A program made the translations under genes and the position numbers. 64,000 nt of DNA, taken from the NCBI RefSeq assembly GCF_018350175.1, contig NC_058374.1, forward strand, positions 82,894,001-82,958,000, read 5' to 3'. This document shows positions 1 through 13,919 of this stretch, piece by piece. Within the stretch, counting starts at the first letter, position 1; every line of letters starts with the position of its first letter. The notes under the pieces were generated by a model. It had not been told where the DNA came from and searched no databases. It saw nothing but the letters and a program-made list of their open reading frames with translations. Origin of the DNA: Felis catus. Lineage: Eukaryota.

Positions 1-499
1 TACACCCTTTCCATGTGACAGAGTCAAGTGCATGATACAGAAAAAATGTTAGGGAACTTTAGAAAATGAACCTGAGAGGATCTGACTGTGAAGGGCCATG
101 GATGCCGACTAAGGATTTAAGCCTAACTGTGGGTGGCCAATGAGGAGTTTTAAATATAATCTGAAATTACCAGATTGATTTTTTATAGAGTAACTCTGGT
201 AGCAGCTCGAAGGGCAAAGAATTGAGACTCAAGGGAAGGAGCTTAATTAGTGGCTGACAGTCCAGCTAACAAACCCCAGCAAAAACTGTATCCTCCTTAA
301 GTCTTATACCAGAGAGAAAGGAGGGAAGGGAATGAGAAATCCATGCCGTAAAATCCCAAGATTCAAGTCAAGCGACCTGCTGATCGCTAAGCTGCGCTTG
401 TTTGGGGTCTGAACTGGATGGGAAGGAAGTTCCGAAGTGAAAATGCCCTGGACCTTTCGGTTCTACCTCAAGAGTTCCAAGCCCCTTCCCATCACGACC

Positions 500-900
500 C
501 CACCCCTGCGCGAAGACCAACTGTACTGAGGGACGCGGGGAGAACAAAGGAGCATTTCGGGCAAACGGGGAACACTGCGGCACCTACTTCGGACTCGGGG
601 TGAAGAATTGCGCGTGCGCACCTAAAGCGCGTGCCCCGCCCCCTGTCTTTAAACCTGGCGGCGGGAAAGGGGACTCCGCACTTGCCAAGAGTGCACCCGC
701 GGCTCCGAAAGGACGCCATCCGCTAGAGCCCTCTCTCCCACACACTCACCCGCTCCCCGCCGGTCCTCAGGATCCCCGCGGAGCCAACGGCCCGCAGGCC
801 CCCGGCCGCAGCCTTTCCCGCCACCCGGCTCAGCGAGACCAATCCCCGCCTGCGTGGGGAGCGGGGCGGGGCGAACTGGGCTGGTGCATATGACCCCAAG
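500..900 (-). promoter_or_regulatory. TIMELESS: CpG-island promoter, probably of TIMELESS (minus strand)
   Basis: GC/CpG-rich. Contains E2F-type GGCGGGAAA (660-668) and TTTCCCGCC (814-822), NRF1-type TGCGCGTGCGCA (609-620), CCAAT (839-843) and a GC box GGGGCGGGGC (863-872). Gene identity is inferred from synteny (TIMELESS lies directly 3' of MIP); no TIMELESS coding sequence is in the window. Confidence 0.7.
750..850 (-). other. TIMELESS: Probable non-coding first exon of TIMELESS (5' end approximate)
   Basis: Strong minus-strand donor GAGCGG|GTGAGT (exon end 750, GT at 749-748) inside the CpG island; synteny. Confidence 0.55.
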
Positions 901-1133
901 CGAGCAGGGGGTGGTGGTGATGAAGTAAGGAAAAGGGAAGCGAGTACACGTACTGTTTTATCTGAGTCCATTCCCTATATTGAGCTAAGAACCACAGCGC
1001 TATGAATTTTCTGCCAACTTAAAATAATAGAAATCAAAATCCGATTAGAGGTAAATTTACAAACATTCTCTTCCCCTTCTCCTAGTCAAGTGGATTATTC
1101 CAAAGTCCCGCTGGTTAGTTAGAAAAATTAGGC

Positions 1134-1139
1134 TTTATT
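1134..1139 (-). terminator. MIP: Candidate MIP polyadenylation signal AATAAA
   Basis: TTTATT on + at 1134-1139, about 1.5 kb downstream of the MIP stop codon. Confidence 0.55.
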
Positions 1140-2622
1140 TGGGAGGAAGTGGAGTTGAGCTAAGGGCTAGAGTGGTCTTTTGTGGGCGGGGTGCCTTTCA
1201 CGCTAGAGAGATAGGCTTAAAGCTTGCGAAGCTTGCAGACGCCTAAAAGGAAGAGAACAACAGTAAATATACATTGGTAAGTTGAGAATCTCCTCTGGAC
1301 TCTGCTGGGTGTATTTTGCCCTCCTCTGATGGGTGTATTTTGCCCATGACAAAAGAAGATAGGGCTCAAACGAATAATTATCTCATGAAATATTAATCAT
1401 TTGAATAGAACGAATGGATTTCTAGGATATGAAGAGAGAATTGCTGAAGATGAAAGGACACATGAGAAAAAAGTGAAAAGACGCACACACAAAAAAAGGA
1501 AAATAAAGAAGACTATAAAACTAGGGGTAAAAGATACCATTTGAAGGGTGTTTTGAGTTCCTCTAACTAAATTAAAACTCTGAGGGTCAAAGACTCTTCC
1601 CTCCTACTGCCGCCCTCCCCCCCACCCCTCGTGATTTGCTCCCCTGCCTCATGATTTGCTCCAGGCATCAGACTTCCTGTTTTGACTTTAGGGAACCCTT
1701 CTGTGGCTTAAGTACCTTCTGCCTGAAGGCCCTTTTGGGAATGTCTGGCAGAACAGCTAAACTAGTTACTTTTTCTAGATTCTAGGCTCACCCTACCCCT
1801 TGTTTAGGTTGGGAGCTCACTGGCCCAGGGCCTCCAAAGAGATCCATCATACCAGAATGAACACAAAACCCAGCCAGTGGATGTAGACAAGTTTATGTGG
1901 CTTTACAGAACAGTTCAAACCCCAGTGTTCACTTTTCTCAGAGCTACTTCCCCACCCAAGTCCTTGGGGCAAGCATCCCTGAGATAAGTAGACTACACTC
2001 TTCGATTAACTTCCCCAAAACTTTCTGGTATAATTGCAACCTGATCTGGGGCTAATAACGCCATTTCCTCTCTCCCTGCCTCCAGCCCCTTCCTCCCAAC
2101 CCTTGAAATGCCTTGTCTCCATCTGCCTCCTGTGAAGAGTACTCCCTGCTTCCCTGCTCCTGCAGAAACCTAGGGTCATAAACTTGACTTGGCAGCAAGG
2201 TAAAGGCCGAAGCTTAAAGGTCTTGGTTCCTGTGCTCACCACACTGGGTTGGGAGAGGAAGGTAAAGGATGACACCTTTTTTCCCTTCCCTACCTCTTCT
2301 GCTGTGCCCCAAAACTTAGACACAGCCACATTCACTCACATTCATACGCACAATCATGCACACACAGCGGCGAAGAGAGGTGGGATGGAGAGGAANNNNN
2401 NNNNNNNNNNNNNNNNNNNNNNNNNNNNNNNNNNNNNNNNNNNNNNNNNNNNNNNNNNNNNNNNNNNNNNNNNNNNNNNNNNNNNNNNNNNNNNNNNNNN
2501 NNNNNNNNNNNNNNNNNNNNNNNNACATGTCCCTCCCCCAGTCTCTTTCTTCATCCAGGGGCTGGCTCAGCCCCTCTGAATAAACCCAGAAGCTTCCTAC
2601 TCCCTCTGGCCAAGTGGAGCTT

Positions 2623-6316
<3,694 letters not shown>

Positions 6317-7205
6317 GAGGGCTGGGCCCACACTTACGCATCTGTTAAAGCTGTTCGATTTTCCCTCCCTCTTCCACTGGGAGATGAGCAGAGTCATAGG
6401 TGTTAGGGTGGGGGTAGTGTCAGGGCTGGAGAGGCTCTGGGAGGAAGGGACCAAGAATAGGGGGACTATAAAAGTCTGTCCTTCCCTTTGTGTCAAAGTT
6501 GGGGTTCATGGTCCTGACTGTCATCTGTATTAGAACATTCCTCAATTCTGCTTGGAAGGTCAGTCAGACTGAGTTCACTTCATGGGGTATGAGACTGTGC
6601 TCCTGAGGACCTTCAGTCTCCTCTGAGTCGGGCAGGGGTAAGGGTGGGGGTGGGGGTCAGGAGTGGGGTCCAGCAGGGAAGTTGGATAACTGAAGAGAAT
6701 TCTTTAGTTCTCTGGGATTAGAGGGCCTTTGCCCATTGGTTGGTTTGGTCTGGAATCTGTGGACCCTGCAGCTCTGGGACAGAATAGTTCTGCTGTGTCT
6801 GGTTTTCTCGAAGCCCGGGTTCCCTACCCCCAATCCATGCCAGCACCTTCCTTTCCAAACCCTCAGCCTGGCCTTGTAAACCACAAAGACAGTTAGGAGG
6901 AAGAAGCTATCTTCCATGGATAGGCTGGGGGTATGGGCCTGAGGAGGGGGAAAAGGGTTAGTAGTTAAATTTCAGAATCAGCTTATACTTCATCTTTCCC
7001 AACTTACAAGGTCCTGGCAAGAAGTACTAAAAAGAAAGAAACTGAGTCATGACTATGAACAAGTGGGAGGGTCTAATGCCTCCTAATATGGTCGTAATCA
7101 GGACATTAGGGTCTTAAATCTTAATCCCTAGGCAAAAATCTGAGGATGGGGGTGTCTGGAGAGAGAAAAGGATAAAATGGGAAAGGAGAGCATGGGGAAT
7201 GAGGT

Positions 7206-7424
7206 TCAGTTGTGCTCAAGTTTGGTGATGAACTTGGGACCTAGAGATGAGTGCTGGGAGATGGTAGAGAAGGCACAATGGGACATACTGGTAGGCTCCA
7301 GCATCTCTATACTGTGGCAAGTCATATAGGCCACAGACTTTTCCCATGAAGCCCCAGAAGAGAGCAGAAATTTGAAGGAGAGGTCTGCAGTATTGGTCAC
7401 TAGCATTGGTCCCATCCAGTACAC
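7206..7424 (-). pseudogene. AQP14: Aquaporin pseudogene terminal exon equivalent to MIP exon 4
   Basis: VYWMGPMLVTNTADLSFKFLL...TCHSIEMLEPTSMSHCAFSTISQ...KLEHN*. It starts with the VYWxGP motif of MIP exon 4, and the acceptor reads CAA instead of CAG. Confidence 0.85.
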
Positions 7425-7699
7425 TTGTGGGGAGAGAGGAGGAACACAGATAATGGCCTATGCTCGTCTCTTCGTCCAATATCTAGCTTGGGGATAAATA
7501 GGAACAGTTACAGCAAAGGCAGAGAGTGCAACTAACCCACCCATATGTAGGAAGAGTTGCTGAGAACAGGTCAGAGGAGACTGAAGCTCCCAAATTCATG
7601 GAAGAAGAACAATCCATTAGAGATCTATGGAGTCTCTTGGGTTCTAGAAGCCCCACCAATCTCCTCACTTCAGGCCCTGTAACCCTTGTTGCACTTGAC

Positions 7700-7774
7700 T
7701 CAGAGATGCTCCCAGTTCCCAGTCACCTCTGTTAGTGAATATGCAGTGTTCACACTGCTTGTGGGAAAGGACCC
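7700..7774 (-). pseudogene. AQP14: Aquaporin pseudogene exon equivalent to MIP exon 3 (second NPA)
   Basis: cttctgtcctgtccag|GSFPTSSVNTAYSLTEVTGNWEHL*|GT versus [30 protein letters not shown]. Confidence 0.7.
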
Positions 7775-7965
7775 CTGGACAGGACAGAAGGTAGTCCTTT
7801 AACCATCATGGTGTTAAGAGCAGAGAATTTGGCAACAGATACTTTGGTTCAGATGTGGATGGGAATACAAAGTGACAGAACTAGTTATGACTCCTGGTGG
7901 GGTGTAAATTAGAATAATCACTTGGGAACACAGTATAACACCATCTTATAAGGATGAACAAACAA

Positions 7966-8923
7966 GGGTGCCCGGGTGGCTCAGTCAATTAAGCATCCAA
8001 CTTTGGCTGAGGTCATGATCTCACAGTTGGTGAGTTTGAGTCCCACATTGGGCTCTCTGCTGTCAGTGTGGAGCCTGCTTCAGATCCTCTGTCTCCCTCT
8101 CTCTGCCTCTCCCCTGTGCACATGCTCTCTCTCTCTCTCAAATAAATAAACATTAAAAAAAGATGAATAAACATACTTTCTGACCCAGGAATTTAGCTTC
8201 TCATGTATATACCCAAGAGGAACTTTTCTATACCTGCACCAGCAGACATGTACAAGAATACTGAGAGCAGCACTATTCACAATAGCAAAAAAAACTTGAA
8301 GCAACCCAAATACCCATCGATGGGAGANNNNNNNNNNNNNNNNNNNNNNNNNNNNNNNNNNNNNNNNNNNNNNNNNNNNNNNNNNNNNNNNNNNNNNNNN
8401 NNNNNNNNNNNNNNNNNNNNNNNNNNNNNNNNNNNNNNNNNNNNNNNNNNNNNNNNNNNNNNNNNNNNNNNACTATTGCAGTGATACTCAATAATAGGGA
8501 TGTATTTTAGCAATACAATATCAAGTAAAAAAAAAAAGTCCCTGATGATGATACATGGCATAACCTTTTTGTAAAGTTAAAAAAAATCAGGGCACCTGTC
8601 TGGCTCAGTTGGTAGAGCATGCAACTCTAGATCTTGGGGTTGTGCATTTGGGCCCCACATTGGATTGCAGAGATTACTTAAAAAAAACTTAGGAGGGGCA
8701 CCTGGGTGGCTCAGTTGGTTGGGTGACCGACTTCAGCTCAGGTCATGATGTCACAGTTCGTGAGTTCAAGCCCCATGTCAGGCTCTGTGCTAACAGCTAA
8801 GGGCCTGGAACCTGCTTCAGATTCTGTGGCTTCCTCTCTTTCTCTACCCCTTCCCTGCTCATGCTCTGTGTCTCTCTGTCTCTCAATAATAAATACACAT
8901 TAAAAAAAATAAAGAAAAAAAAC

Positions 8924-8954
<31 letters not shown>

Positions 8955-9912
8955 CAAAAAAACTTAGGATCTGGGGCGCCTGGGTGGCTCAGTCGGTTAA
9001 GCATCCAACTTCGGCTCAGGTCACGATCTTGCAGTCTGTGAGTTCGAGCCCCACGTCGGGCTCTGTGCTGACTGCTCAGAGCCTGGAGCCTGTTTCAGAT
9101 TCTGTGTCTCCCTCTCTCTCTGACCCTCCCCTGTTCATGCTCTGTCTCTCTGTCTCAAAAGTAAATAAACGTTAAAAAAAAATTAAAAAAAACCCAACAA
9201 CTTAGGGATGCCTGGGTGGTTCAGTCAGTTAAGTGTGTGACTCTTGATCTCAGCTCAGGTCTTGATATCAGGGTTGTAAGTTCAAGCCCTGCATTGGGCT
9301 CCANNNNNNNNNNNNNNNNNNNNNNNNNNNNNNNNNNNNNNNNNNNNNNNNNNNNNNNNNNNNNNNNNNNNNNNNNNNNNNNNNNNNNNNNNNNNNNNNN
9401 NNNNNNNNNNNNNNNNNNNNNNNNNNNNNNNNNNNNNNNNNNNNNNNNNNNNNNNNNNNNNNNNNNNNNNNNNNNNNNNNNNNNNNNNNNNNNNNGCTCA
9501 GTCGGTTGAGTGTCTGACTCTTGATTTCAGCTCAAGTCATGATCCCAGGATCATTGGATCAAGCCCTGCATTGGGCTCCACATTCAGTGTGGAGATATTC
9601 TCCTCTCTCTCTCTCTCCCCCTCCCTCCCTCTGCCCTGCTTCCCCATTCACACACTCTCTCTCTAAAATAAAATAAAATTAAAAATTAAATTAAAAAAAA
9701 AGAATAACATTTAAAAAAAAATGGGGCACCTGGGTGGCTCAGTCAGTTAAGTGTCCGACTTCAGCTCAGGTCATAATCTCATGGTTCATGGGTTTGAGCC
9801 CCACGTTGGGCTCTGTGCTGACAGCTCAGAGCCTAGAGCCTGCTTCAGATTCTGTGTCCCCCTCTCTCTCTGCCCCTCACCTGCTCACACTCTGTTTCTC
9901 TCTCAGAAAGAG

Positions 9913-9967
<55 letters not shown>

Positions 9968-10280
9968 GTAAAGTTAAAAAAATCTAAAATAAAAATATGC
10001 TTTCAGAACACATATAGATGAAATGAAACTACTACAAAAAAACCCACAAAGAATGATGAACACAGGCTTCAGGATGGTGTTTACTTCAAGTGTGTGGGAG
10101 GAGGGGATGAACTGGAATATTTACATACATACATGTAGATTTCTGTGATTTCAAAAAGGTTCCAGTTTTTCTGTTACATGGTTGGTTAGTAATGGTGCTT
10201 AATTGGAGTGCCTGGCTGGCTTAGTCAGTGGAACATGAGGTTCCTGATCTTGAGGTCATGAGTTCAAGCCCCACATTGGA
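7966..10280 (+). mobile_element. Cluster of tandem CAN-SINEs and old L1 fragments inside the pseudogene's second intron
   Basis: SINE heads near 7966, 8590, 8695, 8973, 9205, 9723 and 10205; two N gaps. Confidence 0.85.
9912..9966. repeat. (GAAA)n microsatellite in a SINE tail
   Basis: Direct observation. Confidence 0.9.
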
Positions 10281-11366
10281 TATAGAAATTACTTAAAAAA
10301 ATAATGGTGCTTAGTTTATTATTTAAAAACAAACAAACAAACTGAGGTATTCACCTTCCAATGCCCCTTCTCGGTAAAAGGAGCTTTCCTACTACTCTTC
10401 CTTTCTTATACTCTAATAAACTTTGGCCTGTTGCTTAAAAAAAAAAAAAAAAATTATGGGGAGGCAAATATAAGCCAATGAGGAGGGGATGTAATAAACA
10501 AAGGAATATTGCATGCACTTGAAATCCATAACAAACAACAGCAACAACAAACATCCTGGCTAAAGTTATCCCCATTAAATATAAATTCCAAGAGGGCAGG
10601 GATGCGTCTGATTTGTTCACCACTACAAACCCCATGCTTGACACACAGGAGACAGTAAATAAATCTTTGTTGAATAAATTAATGTAAGCTCTCCGAGCCT
10701 CAGTTTCCTCTGGATCAAATAACATAACATAGGTAAAGTCTTAATATGCTGCCTGGTACAGAATAAAGCACTTAATAAATGGAGACATTTGATGAGGGTT
10801 TTATTAACAGCAAGAACTTATCCCTAACCACCAACCCTACAGCCTCTTATAAGAAAGAACAGAAGGGCAAAGTGCAGTTAATTTGGTGCCCTTATAGACA
10901 GCAAATACAATGGTTACATTTCCTTTTTGAAGCTATCAACTTCTTTCTTTCTTTCCTTCTCCTTCTTTCCCTATCTCTGCCCAACGTGGAGCTCAAACTC
11001 ATGACCCCAAGAACAAGAGTCACATGCTCCACTGACTGAGTCAGATAGGTGCCCCAACTTCTACTCTTTATTCCTCATCAGATATTGATAAGAATCTCAT
11101 GGAGAACTGAACCCTGGTCCATTTCCTTTCATATTGGTCACTTAGCTGAATGCCAAGCTTTCAAATTCAATATGAGCTCTCAAAAACTCATTGGAGTTTT
11201 TGCATAGATTTACGTATAACTAGAATACCTACTGTTTTCTATTAACCTATCTTTAAAAACAAAACAAAACAAACAAAACAAAAACAAAAAACCCCAGCTG
11301 TGTCTCCCTTGAGGAGTGGAATCCAGCCTTCCCTACGTTCCTGCTTGGTATGGGTTGGGTTCTTAC

Positions 11367-11529
11367 CAATACCAGTGCTCCAGCAGTCACTGAGAAACCC
11401 ACTGCCAGACTGCCTGGCCCACCTGCATCCAATCACTGCTGGTGAGCCACAGCACACATGGTGAGTACCTGCTGGATAGTGGAGAAAAACTCCAAGCTCA
11501 GACCCTGGCCTATGACCCTTCCCGCTCAT
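11367..11529 (-). pseudogene. AQP14: Aquaporin pseudogene exon equivalent to MIP exon 2
   Basis: GQGLSLEFFSTIQQVLTMCAVAHQQ*LDAGGPGSLAVGFSVTAGALVL aligns ungapped over 48 codons with MIP exon 2; donor TTG|GTAAGA. The 5' boundary is approximate because the acceptor is lost. Confidence 0.85.
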
Positions 11530-11839
11530 AGATGAGACCAGAGATGCTAGGACCAGGGTGAGAGAACACAAACATCTCCCCATCTGCTCCCCCCTAGGCC
11601 CTACCATCTATCCACCAAGGAAGCTTTAAGCAAAGGATCTGCAGCAAGTCACCGAAATTCTTGAGTTGCTTGAGCCTAACTCATTGACCTATTTGCGTCA
11701 TACTGAAGGTGGCTAAATGAGAGGATGCGCAGAGCACGGGTGCCCCCTCTTTTGTTCATTCCTTAAAGTCTTATCAGCCATCCACCCTTATTACCTACCT
11801 AGTGTCACCCTATTCAGGAAGGTGGAGGCTGCTGCTTAC

Positions 11840-12169
11840 CTGGATGGCTAGCTGGGCTATAGCCACCTGGGGCAGTGCTAGGTAGAAAAGGACAGATGTC
11901 AACATGGCTGCTGTGCTCTGGGACAGGACATAGGACACCCCCCTAGAGGGGGCAAGCCAATTGGTACAGAACAGTACCAGAGTGAGGGCAGGATTTGAGT
12001 GTGGGCCCACATCAAAAATCTGCGCCATGCTCACCACCACCAGTTCTTCAGGCAAGGTTGAGGGACTGTGCCTAGCACAGAGCTACCACTGGGGCACGAG
12101 GCCCTAAGAACAGCCCCTACAAAGACCTTCAGCCTGCACATCTCTCCCAAACCCTTGGCTCTATAGGTC
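11840..12169 (-). pseudogene. AQP14: Aquaporin pseudogene exon equivalent to MIP exon 1 (first NPA)
   Basis: DL*SQGFGRDVQAE / VFVGAVLRAS... / [69 protein letters not shown]; donor CAG|GTAAGC. Confidence 0.85.
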
Positions 12170-13919
12170 TTGGGGGTACGTAGGGGAGGGAAGGCAAGAT
12201 CAGGCTGGCTGTCTGCTCCACTTTTCTCCCCCCTGGTCTCTCATATCTCTCCTTCTCCACCTCTCTCTGTCCCCCACCCCCTCAAAAAACTCTCCCAACC
12301 AGGCCTCCACCACTTCATCCTGCACTGCCCCTCCCCCAGCACCTGTTGTACAAGGAAGGAAGGACTAAAAGACAGAATAAGGGAGTGGTCAGAAAACAGA
12401 CCCCCACTGGCTTAGACTGGAATTTAACAACAGAGAAGAGGAAAGTTCTGTTTCCTCAGAAGCTTCTCAGAAGGAAGGAGTCTATGGAAAAAGATGGTGG
12501 TTTCTCCTCTCTGCAAGAATCTTATCTCCTAGATCATAGTTTTGCCAGTCAGGCTCAGAGTCTCTGTTTGGTGTCCTGCTCCAGTTTGGAGACTGCTTTT
12601 CTAGGTCTAAGTGAGTGGAGTTGGGATGAGGAGCAAGTGTTTCAGGTGCTTTTTCTGGAGGAAGAGGCAGCCAGAGAGGTGAGAGCTCTACTCTTGTGAT
12701 TAAAGAACATCTCATGTCCTCCCTTCAGCCAATAGAGAGGAACCTCATCCCTCAACCTGCTACCCCTACCCAGTCAGTGGTCTCCATAAGGGAGCCTTAG
12801 ACTTTTATACTCACACCTAAGCATCCACTATCCCCAGCTTTAGCCCTTCTCTCTCCTTATACTAAGCTCTTTCTTCCTTTTTAGCCCTCTGACCCAAACT
12901 CACTAAGTGAGCAAGAGCTTATAATGGCTTCTGTCCACCAGAGGTGCTTACAGTGAAGGTAGAGACTCATCCTTCCACTTCCTAATCATCTTTATAAACC
13001 TGGGTTTCGGGAGCCAGAGAGGTAAAGAGGAAAGCTAAACTGAGGATCTGGAAGACAATAAGAATTCTAGGGAAGGCAAGGTAAGAATATTTCCATTCCT
13101 CACCAGAAACAGAGCAAGCCAGCAAGAAAGTATCAAGGCTGAATTGGCAATCAGGCCATTGGAATCTGCAAAAGAAAGTTCCTTTGAGGAAAACTGCCTG
13201 GGAGTGGAGGGGATTCCTGGAGTCTAACACTCTTGGGATCACCCAGGACAGACCCTAATTTGTCTTCGTCTTCTTTTCTGGTTAGCTTGTTCGCTTTTTG
13301 TGTTATCACTCTACTTCATTCTTGTATTTGGGGCTCTTTTCAGGGGTTGCCAGAATTTTTAATTCTAGATTCTCTGACTTCTCTCATCTGGCCTTAAATA
13401 AGCATACAAAATTTTTGAATTTTTTTTCCTACTAAGAACTATGAAAGTGGAGAAATAGGATTTGTAAAATAACAAACTTGGAGTAATTACAAAGTTATTT
13501 TGTAACTTGTAGTAGTGATCATCCTAGAGTCTCAAATATCTCTACAGTAGACTGAATTATCTCTGGGTTACTAACAATCAGCCTTCCAACCTCTTTATAT
13601 TCCTGGGGCTAGGGATCCTAAGTTCACTATACCCTCTTCCATAAAGAAGGCTCCATTTCTCAGTCTCCTAGAGGTGCTATACGAAGTATAATCCATAATA
13701 TTAGGTAGTGAGTGCATCTATAAATCTCAGAGAATCTGCAGGCAGAGCTGTTTGTCTTGTTTCATTTCTCCACAGGGGTTTCATGTAATTACCATACCCA
13801 CCTCTGAGGTTATCCAGGACCAGTTTACTACCTCTCTGAAGTTGCTCCCTGGCCAGTCCATATCATCATGACCTAAAGAATAACCTAGGTCTGAGTTTCA
13901 TAAAAATATCTAACCTGCT

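Larger units (their letters stand above)
7206..12169 (-). pseudogene. AQP14: Unprocessed aquaporin pseudogene, probably AQP14
   Basis: Four collinear exon remnants (12169-11840, ~11529-11367, 7774-7700, 7424-7206) align to MIP exons 1-4 with the same phase-0 intron positions. In-frame stops at 12163-12161, 11435-11433 and 7702-7700, plus frameshifts and broken acceptors. The AQP14 label rests on tandem position next to AQP0 and a recalled C-terminal motif. Confidence 0.85.

Noticed and set aside
7530-7620. Minus-strand SSSMNLGASVSS...YGW|GT as candidate pseudogene exon 3
   Set aside because: No acceptor and only MN matches. The 7774-7700 segment has a proper acceptor and better similarity (NTA, TGNWEH).
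11242-11607. 121-aa minus-strand ORF
   Set aside because: It is a different frame over the pseudogene exon 2; the aquaporin-like frame is the one containing the stop.
12346-12715. Overlapping ORFs of 117 aa (+) and 77 aa (-) upstream of the pseudogene
   Set aside because: No recognisable domain or splice context; I could not link them to the aquaporin.
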